This document shows, one piece after another, positions 49,167 through 58,803 of a stretch of 64,000 nt of DNA. Below the pieces are notes generated by a model. The model had not been told where the DNA came from. It saw nothing but the letters and a program-made list of their open reading frames with translations, and did not search any database. Each line of letters opens with the position of its first letter. Position 1 is the stretch's first letter. The stretch spans positions 1 to 64,000 of the forward strand of contig JBFIML010000012.1 in the NCBI GenBank assembly GCA_041611735.1, in the 5' to 3' direction. A program made the position numbers and the translations under genes. This stretch comes from Myxococcota bacterium. GTDB taxonomy: Bacteria; Myxococcota_A; UBA9160; PR03.

Positions 49167-49514
49167 TCAGCCCCGCGCCGCCAGGTCCGGCTGCGTCGCC
49201 TCGCTGGGAGCCAGGGGACCCGCGCGGGGCTCCTCCTGGTAGCGGGCGGCCCGGGCCGGCGTCCCGGCCTCCGCCTCCTCCTCGCGGGACGCCCCGAGCA
49301 GGCGCGCCTCGTTCAGCTTGACCCAGGTGCGGGCTGCGAGGGTGAGAGCGAAGAGCAGGCACACGGCGCCGCCCAGCAGGAAGTCCCGGGGCGTGAGGCT
49401 CAGGAGGGTCGGGCTGTAGACCGTGGACATCCAGATCGCCTTCTGGGCGACGCCCACCATGACGCTGGTCCAGCCCAGCAGGATGAGCAGGTCGATCAGC
49501 GGGAGGATCGGCAC
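49167..49514 (-). CDS. Small two-TM hypothetical membrane protein
   Basis: GGAGGGGAAGG RBS, TTGACC-N18-TAGGAT promoter at 49545-49574, two hydrophobic helices. Confidence 0.7.
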   Translation of the reverse strand: MPILPLIDLLILLGWTSVMVGVAQKAIWMSTVYSPTLLSLTPRDFLLGGAVCLLFALTLAARTWVKLNEARLLGASREEEAEAGTPARAARYQEEPRAGPLAPSEATQPDLAARG

Positions 49515-49579
49515 GTCACCTTCCCCTCCTGTCCAGGGATACCCATCCTAGGCTGCGGCGCGACCCCGGGTCAACGGCC

Positions 49580-51775
49580 CTAGCCCCGGCGGCTGATCAG
49601 GATGAGAGGCGTCTCGGTCTCCCGGGCCATGGTGAGGGGCAGCGTTCCAAAGGAGCGCCGACGCCGGCCGCGCCGCTGAACCCCCATCACCACGAGGTCG
49701 CTCGCCGCGGCGTGCCCCACCAGCACCGCCGCCGGGTCGTCGGCTTCCTCCACGACCACCTCGTAGGGACCGTTCGCCTCGTCCCGGGCCAAGGCGATCA
49801 CCTCGCGCTCCGCGCGACGCCGCTCCTCGGCGCTGGCCGCAGGCGACACGATGCGCAGGAAGGTCACCTTGGCCTCGCCGATGCGGGAGAGGCTGGCGAA
49901 CAGCCGCGCGCGCAGGTGGCTGTGATCGCGGCGTCCGCCGAGGGGCACGAGGATCTGCTGCACCTGGGCGATCCGCCAGCGCCGAGGCGCGCGCAGGATC
50001 ACCACGTCGGCCGTCACGCTCCCGATCAGCTCCTCCACCCGGCGCTCGACGCCCGGGGCCGTGAGGCGCGAGAGCCCGAGCAGCAGCGTCTCGCAGCGGT
50101 GGATCCGGGCCACGCGGGCGATCTCCGCCCAGGGATCCCGGGCCACCGTGAACAGGGTCTCGGGCGCCAGCTCGTCCACCAGGCTCGCGTGCAGGGACTC
50201 GCCCAGGATCGCCTGGGCGTCGCGCAAGGCCGGGTCGTCCTCGCCGGGGGCCTGCTCGGGCGTCTGCACCACCGAGAGCAGCAGGATGCGCCCGACCTCG
50301 GGCGTCCGCAGCGTGCCCGCCACGTCCACCAGGCTGGCGGCGCTGGCGGGATTGGCGATGGGAACCAGCACCAGGGGGCTGCGTCCGCGGAGTCGGGCCA
50401 GGTGGGGGTCGCGGGCCTCGGCGCTCGCGTCCGCCAGGCGCGCTCCAGGAGCGAGCAGCGTCAGGTACACGGCGGCGCCGACCCCGAGCCACACCGCCAC
50501 GAGCCCTCCTGCCGCGGCCACGGCGAAGCCCTGGAAGAGCGCCAGCCCCAGGCACAGGGCGGCCCCCAGCAGGGGCAGCACCGGAAGCCGCAGGTCCCCG
50601 GAGCGGCGTCGCGCCAGGATCGTGGCCCAGTGCGCCATGGCGAACGAGATCAGGAAGATCAGGCTCGACGCCGCGCCGGCAGCGGCCACGTCGCCCACCA
50701 CGAGGATCACGGCCGCTACGCCCGCGGCGGTCGCCGCCACCGCCAGCGCCGGCGTCCCGCTCGCGCCACGCATGCGGCCCAGCGCAAGCGGCAGCGTGCG
50801 GTCGCGCGCCATGGCGAAGGCCACCCGCGACGCTCCCAGGAGATTCGCCTGCAGGGCCGAGAGCATCGAGAGCAGGCCGGCCAGGATCACCAGCCAGTAG
50901 CCGCCGGAGCCCAGGAAGTGCTCGGCAGCCTCGGCCACCAGGCCCTCGGGGTTCGCGGCGGCCAGGCCCGCGATGCGTTCCTCGCCGGGAACGCCCACCG
51001 TCGCGATCACGAAGAGCAGCGGCAGGTAGATGGCGAGCGCGATGCCGAGGGAGAGGAACATGGAACGCGGCAGGTTGCGCAGGGGATCGCGAACCTCGCC
51101 ACCCACGGCAGCGATCAGGTCGAAGCCCTGCAGGGCAATGAAGGTGTATCCCATGGCCTGCACGATCCCAGCCAGGCCGGCGGTGGCGAAGGGGTCGAGG
51201 CGGGCCAGCGACTCCGTCGCCGGTTCGCGCGCCAGGGCGAAGGCCCCGCCGACGATCAGCACCGCGAACACGATGACCTTGCCCACCGTTGCCACGCGCC
51301 CGCCCCCGCTGGCCTTGCGCACCAGCGCCAGGGTGTAGAAGCCCGTGGCAGCGAGCGCCCCCAGCAGGCGCACGCTGCGCTCTCCCAGCCAGCCCGCCTC
51401 GGAGCCCATCCCGCGCAGCAGGCGCGCGAGCCCCTCCCCGGCGAACGCCGCGAACCCGAGGGCATAGAGCACCGCGGCCATGATCGAGGCGAACCAGACC
51501 ACCCAGCCCACCGTGAAGGCGACCTCCACCGAGAGCACCTTCTTGGCATAGGTGTAGGTGCCGCCGGACTCGGGGAAGCGCCGCGCCAGATCCGCGAAGC
51601 TCGCCGCCGTGATCGCTGCGATCATCCCGTTGGCCAGGAAGGCGACCATGGCAGCGGGCCCGGTGGTGGCAAAGGCGACGCCCGCCAGCGCGAGGATGCC
51701 GCCCCCCACGATGGCTCCGACGCCCACGGTGGTGGCGCCCACGAGCCCGAGGTGGCGTCCCGAAGCGGGGCTCAT
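49580..51775 (-). CDS. APC-family amino acid permease fused to two USP-like domains
   Basis: GAIVGGGI, FPESGGTYTY, GFDLIAAVGGE, ~12 TM; C-terminal VLVPIANP and ILVPLGG USP starts. Confidence 0.88.
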   Translation of the reverse strand: MSPASGRHLGLVGATTVGVGAIVGGGILALAGVAFATTGPAAMVAFLANGMIAAITAASFADLARRFPESGGTYTYAKKVLSVEVAFTVGWVVWFASIMAAVLYALGFAAFAGEGLARLLRGMGSEAGWLGERSVRLLGALAATGFYTLALVRKASGGGRVATVGKVIVFAVLIVGGAFALAREPATESLARLDPFATAGLAGIVQAMGYTFIALQGFDLIAAVGGEVRDPLRNLPRSMFLSLGIALAIYLPLLFVIATVGVPGEERIAGLAAANPEGLVAEAAEHFLGSGGYWLVILAGLLSMLSALQANLLGASRVAFAMARDRTLPLALGRMRGASGTPALAVAATAAGVAAVILVVGDVAAAGAASSLIFLISFAMAHWATILARRRSGDLRLPVLPLLGAALCLGLALFQGFAVAAAGGLVAVWLGVGAAVYLTLLAPGARLADASAEARDPHLARLRGRSPLVLVPIANPASAASLVDVAGTLRTPEVGRILLLSVVQTPEQAPGEDDPALRDAQAILGESLHASLVDELAPETLFTVARDPWAEIARVARIHRCETLLLGLSRLTAPGVERRVEELIGSVTADVVILRAPRRWRIAQVQQILVPLGGRRDHSHLRARLFASLSRIGEAKVTFLRIVSPAASAEERRRAEREVIALARDEANGPYEVVVEEADDPAAVLVGHAAASDLVVMGVQRRGRRRRSFGTLPLTMARETETPLILISRRG

Positions 51776-51902
51776 GGGTGCCGGTGCCTCCGCCGGCGCC
51801 GCCTGGTCGGGAGGGCGCCCCGCGTCGGGGGGCGAAGCTTAGCGCGAGCAGAAGCCACGCCAGCCGGGCCGCGGCGGCCCCGCATCCCGAGCCGTGGAAG
51901 GG

Positions 51903-53042
51903 TCACGGCCGGAAGGCCTGGATCGCCGCGATCACCTCCCCCTGCTCGCTCTCGCCGAGGTCGGCGTACAGGGGCAGCCGCAGGAGACATTCCCCCGCGC
52001 GTTCGCTCACCGGGCAATCGCCGGCGCGGCCGCCGAAGCGCCTTCCCATGGCCGACAGGTGGAGCGGCTGATAGTGGAACACGGCCAGGATGCCCCGGGC
52101 GCCCAGATGCTCGATGAGCCGCTGGCGCACCCCGACCGACGGCAGCATCAGATGGAACAGGTGGGCGGGATGCTCGCAGTGGGGCGGCACCACGGGGAGA
52201 CCGACCCCGTGCTCGCCGGCCCAGTCCGCGAGCTGCGTCCCATAGCGGTCCCAGGCCGCGGCGCGGGCGGCCTGGATCTCGTCGCGCCGCTCGAGCTGCG
52301 CATGCAGGAAGGCGGCCAGGATCTCCGCCGGCAGATAGCTCGAGCCCAGGTCCCTCCACGTGTACTTGTCCACCTTGCCCAGCAGGAAGCGGCTGCGATC
52401 CGTGCCCTTCTCGCGCACGATCTCCGCCCGCTCGATCCAGTCGGCCCGATTGATCAGGACGGCGCCCCCCTCGCCGCACGTGAAGTTCTTGGTCTCGTGG
52501 AAGCTCTGGGCCGCGAGACAACCCAGGCTCCCGAGCCAGCGCTCCTTGTAGCGCCCGAACAGACCGTGGGCATTGTCCTCCACCACCGGGACGCCGGCCT
52601 CCTGCGCGATCTCCAGGATGGCGTCCATCTCGCAGGCAACGCCCCCGTAGTGCAGGGCCACGATGCAACGCGTGCGCTCCGTGAGCTTCTCGCGCAACAG
52701 CCGCTCGTCGAGGTTCAGCGTGTCGGGTCGCACGTCCACGAAGACGGGCCGGGCCCCGCGCAGCGCGAAGGCGTTGGCCGTGGTCACGAACGCGTACGAG
52801 GGCACCACGAACTCGTCCCCGGGCTGGAGATCCACCAGCAGCGCGCACATCTCCAAAGCGTGGGTTCCCGACGTGGTGAGCAACACCCGCTCGACCCCGA
52901 GCAGCGACTCGAGCAGCTTCGAGCAGCGCCGTGTGAACTTCCCGTCTCCCGACAGGTGCCCGGACTCGATGGCCTCCGTCACCCGCGCGATCTCGTCGCC
53001 CATCAGCGCGGGCCGGCTGAACGGAATTCGATACTTCCTCAC
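51903..53042 (-). CDS. wecE: dTDP-4-amino-4,6-dideoxygalactose transaminase
   Basis: SGDGKFT, TSGTHALEM, SFHETKNFTCGEGG, EKGTDRSRF..GKVDKYTW, VFHYQPLH. Confidence 0.93.
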   Translation of the reverse strand: MRKYRIPFSRPALMGDEIARVTEAIESGHLSGDGKFTRRCSKLLESLLGVERVLLTTSGTHALEMCALLVDLQPGDEFVVPSYAFVTTANAFALRGARPVFVDVRPDTLNLDERLLREKLTERTRCIVALHYGGVACEMDAILEIAQEAGVPVVEDNAHGLFGRYKERWLGSLGCLAAQSFHETKNFTCGEGGAVLINRADWIERAEIVREKGTDRSRFLLGKVDKYTWRDLGSSYLPAEILAAFLHAQLERRDEIQAARAAAWDRYGTQLADWAGEHGVGLPVVPPHCEHPAHLFHLMLPSVGVRQRLIEHLGARGILAVFHYQPLHLSAMGRRFGGRAGDCPVSERAGECLLRLPLYADLGESEQGEVIAAIQAFRP

Positions 53043-53784
53043 GCTGCCTCGCCCGCATCCCCGGCCGACCAGCGGTGGTACCACAGCTCCACCGCCGTGG
53101 TCAGGAAGCCGCATCGCCCGTAGAGCCGGGCCGCCCTCACGTTGCGTCCCTGGGTCACCACCTGGGCCTCCCGGCAGCCCCGCCCTGCGAGCCAGGTCAA
53201 GGCACCGCGCAGGAGCTGCTCTCCCCAGCCTTCCCCGCGCCGGTCGGGCGCCACCGCGAAGAGCTCCACGGCCCCGATGCCGTCGTCCGCGACCTTGCAC
53301 GCCAAGTAGCCGGCGGCCTTCCCCGTGGACCGCGCCACCAGCACCGCGTCCGTGCTGCCAGCAAGGCTTCGCTCGATCCACGTCTCGTAGAGGGCCGCGC
53401 AACGCTCGTCGCCGAAGTTCCCGTCGTGGTAGAAGCGCGTGTCGACGTGACTCACCCGTGCGATCTCGCGCAGGGTCGGAAGATCCTCGGGGCGGCCCGG
53501 CTCGATGCCCGACGGAAGTTCTCCCGCAACGCCCGGGATCCCACAGACCCGGGTGATGCGCACGTCCACCAAACGGAACCCGCCCTGCTCGGCGACCCGC
53601 ACGCTCTCGGCGTCCTCCGCATCCGCCAGGTAGTAGACGCACTCGCCGCCCACGGCGCGGGCCCAGTCCTCGACCCCTCGAGGGTCCCCGCCGCGAGGCG
53701 CTTCGCGCACACCCGCGCGATCCGCTGTCCGAAGAACCGGGAATCCCACGGCAGCAGCCGACCGGGCGGGTCCGGCGTCGTCAC
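53039..53784 (-). pseudogene. wecD: WecD/RffC-like GNAT acetyltransferase split by a 1-nt frameshift (or a sequencing error)
   Basis: N-terminal LPWDSRFFGQRIAR and C-terminal DTRFYHD...LYETWI...VVTQGRN...LYGRCGF...WYHRW lie in different frames. They join at the C4 run at 53674-53677. Confidence 0.8.
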
Positions 53785-54737
53785 CGATCGGAGCCCCGCC
53801 CCGTTTGCGCGCGGGTTGCGTAGCTGGGACGCCCCATGCTGCGCAGGTGCATGCGGGCCAGATACTCGCCCAGGATCCCCAGGGAGAAGAGCTGGGCACC
53901 GGAGAAGATGGCGATGATCGAGGCCAGGAAGGAGAAGCCCGGCACGCTGGCCCCCTCGATGACGTAGCGGCCGACCACGTACCCCAGCATCACCACCCCG
54001 AGCAGCGTGGAACCGAAGCCCACCAGGCTGGCGAGCTGTAGCGGGAAGACGCTGAAACCGGTCATCATGTTCAGCGCGTGGACGATGAGCTTGGTGACCG
54101 TGTAGTTCGATTGCCCCGACGCGCGCGGATCGTGTCGCACCTGGACTGCGGCAAAGCGCATGCTTCCCCAGGTGAGCAGCACGTCGATGTTCACGTACGG
54201 ACTGGCATAGTCCGCGAAGGCCTCGCGAAGATCGCTGCGGAAGGCCCGGAACGCACTCACCTGGCTGGCCGTCTCGGCCCCCATGGCTCCCTGGAGCACG
54301 AGCTTCGTGATGCGCGAGGCGACGCCCCTCCACAGGCCGTGCCGCTGCCGGCCCGGGGTCCCATAGACCACGTCGAAGCCTTCCTCGAGCTTCGCGACCA
54401 GGCGGGGAATCTCCTCCGGCGGGTGCTGGAGATCGTCGTCCATGGTGACGATTACCGGATGGCTGGCGGCGCGGATGCCACACAGGAGGGCATTGTGCTG
54501 GCCGTAGTTGCGGAGCATGCGGATCCCGTGCAGCCACGCATGCCTCTCCGCCAGCGCCTCGATGACGTGCCAGGTCCCATCCCCCGGGCTGTCGTCGTCC
54601 ACCAGGATCACCTCGAACTCGGAGCTGGCGGATTGCAGCACCGGTTCCAGGCGTTCGATCAGCTTCGGCAGGATCGCGCTGCTTTGGTAGACGGGGATCA
54701 CGACACTGAGCGGACGACGCGCGGGTGTCGGGCTCAT
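53781..54737 (-). CDS. GT2 polyprenyl-phosphate glycosyltransferase (GtrB/ArnC-like)
   Basis: SVVIPVY, VDDDS, RNYGQHNA, TMDDDLQHPP, two C-terminal TMs, LGILGEYLARM. Confidence 0.92.
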   Translation of the reverse strand: MSPTPARRPLSVVIPVYQSSAILPKLIERLEPVLQSASSEFEVILVDDDSPGDGTWHVIEALAERHAWLHGIRMLRNYGQHNALLCGIRAASHPVIVTMDDDLQHPPEEIPRLVAKLEEGFDVVYGTPGRQRHGLWRGVASRITKLVLQGAMGAETASQVSAFRAFRSDLREAFADYASPYVNIDVLLTWGSMRFAAVQVRHDPRASGQSNYTVTKLIVHALNMMTGFSVFPLQLASLVGFGSTLLGVVMLGYVVGRYVIEGASVPGFSFLASIIAIFSGAQLFSLGILGEYLARMHLRSMGRPSYATRAQTGRGSDR

Positions 54738-54754
54738 CGCGGCGCTCGAGTATA

Positions 54755-55606
54755 TCACGGGCGGCACGGAGCTGAGCTTGCGACCCGCGCCACGGCCAGG
54801 CAACTCGATCCGAGCGGCAGGCGAAGACCGCGCGCAATCGCCCGGGTCTCGATTCCCAGCAACCGGTCGAGCAGGCCGGCGGCCGGGCCCGCTGGCCTGC
54901 GATGCTCGCGGGTCTCCCATTTCCGGGCATCGACGCCGCGCCGGCCCAGACGCGTCGGCACGGTCCGGAACAGGAGGATCGGAACGGGCAGCGGCACGAA
55001 GAAGTGGGTCTGGTACTCGATCTCGAAGCCGGCCGCCCGCAGCGCCCGGGACAAGCCCCGCCCCGAGTAGCGCCGGTAGTGGCCCGCGTAGTCGTCCTCG
55101 CTCGACCACAGCCAGAGGTAGGCCGGAGCCGTCAGGTACAGCCGCGCTCCAGGCGCCATGCGCGCCCCGGTGCTTCGCAGGAATGCGACGTCGTCCGCCA
55201 GATGCTCGACGACGTCGAACAGGCCGACCGCAGAAAGGGTGCGCGGCCGGACTCCCGCATCCTCCAAGGTGGAGCACACCACGTGGGAGAGCCCACGGGC
55301 TCGCGCGTTCGCGGCGCCCTGAGGACCGGGCTCCACCAGCACGGTCTCGAAGCCGGCCCGCTCCAGGGCGAGGGCCACCACCCCATTTCCGCCTCCCACG
55401 TCGAAGATCGGCCCGGACGGGGGGAAGCGACGCACCGCCGCGACGATGCAGGCGTTGCGGTGCGCGAACCAGAAGGAGTCCCCCTCCAGCGCCAGCTTGC
55501 CCACGTTGCCGTCCTCGGGATAGGACAGCGGCGAGCGCCGCGGGGAAACCCAGACGCCGTCCTCCCGGCGCTCGAGGGCCGGTCCGATGCGGTCGAGTTC
55601 CAGCAG
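54755..55606 (-). CDS. Class I SAM-dependent methyltransferase (start probably CTG)
   Basis: SFWFAHRN, DVGGGNG, FDVVEH, TAPAYLWLWS..D..AGHYRRY; no ATG/GTG/TTG between the RND stop and the N-terminal DGVW..SYP segment. Confidence 0.85.
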   Translation of the reverse strand: MLELDRIGPALERREDGVWVSPRRSPLSYPEDGNVGKLALEGDSFWFAHRNACIVAAVRRFPPSGPIFDVGGGNGVVALALERAGFETVLVEPGPQGAANARARGLSHVVCSTLEDAGVRPRTLSAVGLFDVVEHLADDVAFLRSTGARMAPGARLYLTAPAYLWLWSSEDDYAGHYRRYSGRGLSRALRAAGFEIEYQTHFFVPLPVPILLFRTVPTRLGRRGVDARKWETREHRRPAGPAAGLLDRLLGIETRAIARGLRLPLGSSCLAVARVASSAPCRP

Positions 55607-55638
55607 CTGGCTCCCCCTGCGTCGTGCCCCGGCCGGTC

Positions 55639-58600
55639 TCAGCGGCCGCCACGCGCGTGGACTTCCGCTTCCAGCCCCGGGCGTCCTCGCTCCCCGAACA
55701 GGCGGCGCAAGCGGCGTTTCGCCGCGTCGGCGGCATCGTCGAAGAGCAGGTAGAACACGGGCACCACCACCAGGGTCAGCAGCATCGAGGAGAACATGCC
55801 CGCCGCGGTCGCCACCGCCATGGGGGCCCGCGACTCGGCGCCGGGACCGAGCCCCACGGCCGCCGGCAGCACCCCGAAGATCATCGAGGTGGCGGTCATC
55901 AGGACCGGCCTCATGCGAACCGGCGCTGCCGTGCGCATCGCCTCCAGCTTGCCCATGCCTTGCGCTCGCAGTTGATTGGCGTAGTCGACCAGCAGGATCG
56001 AGTTCTTGGTCACCAGACCGAACAGGAGCAGGATCCCGATCAGGCTGAACAGGTTGATGGTCATGCCGGCGCGGAAGAAGCTCATCACCCACAGCCCGCC
56101 CAGCGCCCCCACCATGGCCAGCGGGAGCGCCAGCATCACCGTGAGTGGATGCACCAGGCTCTCGAACTGCGCCGCCAGCACCATGTAGATCACCAGGATG
56201 CCCAGGGCGAGGGCGAGCCCGAACTGGCGCACCCCCTCCTGCATCGCCTCCGCCTGCCCCGAGAGCTCGAGGGTCGCGCCCCGGGGCAGGACGTCCCGCG
56301 CCACCTCCTGGGCATCGGCCACCGCCTCGCCGAGGCTGCGGCCCGCGAGGTTGGCGGCGATCCCGACCGAACGCTGGCGGTTGGTGCGCGTGATCGCCGA
56401 GGGCGCCGCCCCGGTCTCGATGTGGATCAGATTGCGCAGCTCCACAACCTCGCCGTCGCGGCCACGCACGTAGAGCCGCCCGATCGACTCGGGTTCGGCG
56501 CGATCGGCGGCGTCCAGGCGCATGCGGATGTCGTAGCGCCGGCCGGCCTCCTTGAAGACGCCCACGTCCATGCCCCCGATCATGATCTGCACCGCCTCCG
56601 CCACGCTGCGGGCGTCCACGCCGAGGGCGGCGGCCTTGTCGCGATCGGGCACCACCCGCACCTCGGGGAGGCCCAGCTTGAGGCTCGAGTTCACGTCCAC
56701 GAAGCCACCCAGCGCCTCGAGCCGCCGGATCACCCGGGCCGCCAGGGCGTCCAGCTCGGCGAGCGGCAGGTGGCCCCGCAACTCCACCTCGAAGGCGCCC
56801 GAGCGCCCGCCCGTGGAGATCATCTCGCTCGGGTTGAAGATGCGGATCTCCCGCCCCGGAACCTGTTGGAGCTCCCTGCGCGCCTCGCGGATGATCTCCA
56901 TCACGCTTCGGCGCCGCTCCTCCCGCGGCATCAGATTCCCGAACAGCATGCCCTTGTTGGATGAGGCGGTCCGGGATGCCGAGTCCCCGCCGCCGCCGGA
57001 CCCCGCTGCGGAGAAGAGCCCCACGATCTCGGGCTGATCCAGCATCCAGCTTTCGTCCCGCTTCAGGTAGTCGAGGGTGGCCTCCAGGGAGGTGCCGGGC
57101 GCAGCCTCGATGCGGGCGAAGAAGATGCCTTCGTCAGCCGGCGGGAAGAACTCGGTGCGGAGCTGCGAGGCGAGCGCCACGGCGCCCAGCAGGGAAAGCA
57201 GCGCGATGGCGACCGTGGCCGCGCGATGCTCGAGCGTCCAGTGCAGGAGCGTGCGGTAGCGTTGCTCCAGCCAGCCAAAGGCCTGCTCGAGCCGGTGATA
57301 GATGCTGCCGTGGGCCCGCTCGGAGGGAGGTGGCATGCGGGCCGCCAGCATGGGCGTCAAGGTCAACGCCACGAACAGCGAGATCAGCACCGCCCCCGCC
57401 ACCGTAAGGCCGAAATCGCGCAGGAAGCTCCCCACCAGGCCCTGGACGAACACCACCGGCACGAAGACCGCGGCCACCGAGAGGGTGGCGGCCGTGGCGG
57501 CGAAGGCGATCTCGCGCGTGCCCTTGCTGGCGGCCTCCCGGGCGGTTTCGCCCAGCTCGCGGTGACGCTCGATGTTCTCCAGCACCACGATCGCGTCGTC
57601 GATCACCACGCCCACCGCCAGCGCCATGCCGAGCAGGGTCATCGTATTCAGCGTGAAGCCGGCCACGTACACCAGCCCGAAGGTGGTGACGAGCGACACC
57701 GGGATGGCCGCTCCCACGATCAGCGTCGGCCGTGTGCGCCGCAGGAAGACGAAGACCGTGAAGACCGCCAGCAACGCCCCGAAGGCCAGGGCGAACTCGG
57801 TCTCCGCCACGGCCTCCCGCACCCCGCGCGAGAAGTCGATGAAGCCGTCGGCGTCGTGGATGCGCAGGCCTGCGGGCAGCACGGCTTCGATCTGCGGCAA
57901 CCGGCGGCGCACCTCGTCCACGATGGCCACCGTGTTGCCACCGCTCTGCTTGGTGATCCCGATGCCCAGGGACGGCTCGCCCCGATAGCGGGCGTAGACC
58001 AGCGGGTCCTCGGCGCCGTCTTCCACCCGGGCCACGTCCCGCAGCCGGACCGGCGCCCCCTCCTGCCAGGCGACCACCAGACCCTCGAGCTCCGAGACGC
58101 TCCGGAACTCGGCGTCGGTCTTGACCGCGTACTCGACCCGGCCGCTCTCCACGCGCCCCCCGGGCACCTCCACGTGTTCGCGGCGCAGGGCCGCCAGCAC
58201 GTCGCTCGCGGCGAGACCCCGCGCGCGCATGGCGTCCCCGTCCAGCCAGATGCGGATGTTGCGGTCGCGGCGTCCGAACATGGCCACGCCCGCCACGCCC
58301 GGGATCGTCTCGATCAGGGGAGCCACCTGCCGGCGCACGTACTCGCTCGCCTTCACCAGCGGCAGCTCGAGCTGGAAGGGAATCCACAGCACCGGCGAGT
58401 CGTTCGGGTTGTAGCTGGAGACCACCGGCGGATCGAGCTGGACGGGGAGCTGGCGGCGCACCACGGCCACCTTGTCGCGCACCTCCTGGGCGACCACGTC
58501 CAGGTCGCTGCCCAGCTGGAACTCGACGACGACCTGGGAGACGCCCCGTGCCGAGGTGGAGCGGATCGAGCGGACGCCGGCGATGGTGTTGAGCTGTTCC

Positions 58601-58803
58601 TCGAGGACGTCGGTCACGTCCTCCTCGATGCCTTCCGGGGTGGCGCCCTCCAGCGTCGCCGTGACCGTCAGCACCGGAAACTCCATGTTCGGGAACTGGT
58701 CCACGCCGAGGCGCGTGTAGCCGAGCACGCCGAAGACCAGGAGTGCGAGCGTCATCATCCAGGTGAGGATGGGACGCCGGATGGAGACGTCCGAGAGGGT
58801 CAC
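55639..58803 (-). CDS. RND efflux permease (AcrB/MdtB-like)
   Basis: SIRRP, GVVIDDAIVVLENI, LVTKNSILLVD, RMRPVLMT proton-relay motifs. Confidence 0.95.
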   Translation of the reverse strand: MTLSDVSIRRPILTWMMTLALLVFGVLGYTRLGVDQFPNMEFPVLTVTATLEGATPEGIEEDVTDVLEEQLNTIAGVRSIRSTSARGVSQVVVEFQLGSDLDVVAQEVRDKVAVVRRQLPVQLDPPVVSSYNPNDSPVLWIPFQLELPLVKASEYVRRQVAPLIETIPGVAGVAMFGRRDRNIRIWLDGDAMRARGLAASDVLAALRREHVEVPGGRVESGRVEYAVKTDAEFRSVSELEGLVVAWQEGAPVRLRDVARVEDGAEDPLVYARYRGEPSLGIGITKQSGGNTVAIVDEVRRRLPQIEAVLPAGLRIHDADGFIDFSRGVREAVAETEFALAFGALLAVFTVFVFLRRTRPTLIVGAAIPVSLVTTFGLVYVAGFTLNTMTLLGMALAVGVVIDDAIVVLENIERHRELGETAREAASKGTREIAFAATAATLSVAAVFVPVVFVQGLVGSFLRDFGLTVAGAVLISLFVALTLTPMLAARMPPPSERAHGSIYHRLEQAFGWLEQRYRTLLHWTLEHRAATVAIALLSLLGAVALASQLRTEFFPPADEGIFFARIEAAPGTSLEATLDYLKRDESWMLDQPEIVGLFSAAGSGGGGDSASRTASSNKGMLFGNLMPREERRRSVMEIIREARRELQQVPGREIRIFNPSEMISTGGRSGAFEVELRGHLPLAELDALAARVIRRLEALGGFVDVNSSLKLGLPEVRVVPDRDKAAALGVDARSVAEAVQIMIGGMDVGVFKEAGRRYDIRMRLDAADRAEPESIGRLYVRGRDGEVVELRNLIHIETGAAPSAITRTNRQRSVGIAANLAGRSLGEAVADAQEVARDVLPRGATLELSGQAEAMQEGVRQFGLALALGILVIYMVLAAQFESLVHPLTVMLALPLAMVGALGGLWVMSFFRAGMTINLFSLIGILLLFGLVTKNSILLVDYANQLRAQGMGKLEAMRTAAPVRMRPVLMTATSMIFGVLPAAVGLGPGAESRAPMAVATAAGMFSSMLLTLVVVPVFYLLFDDAADAAKRRLRRLFGERGRPGLEAEVHARGGR

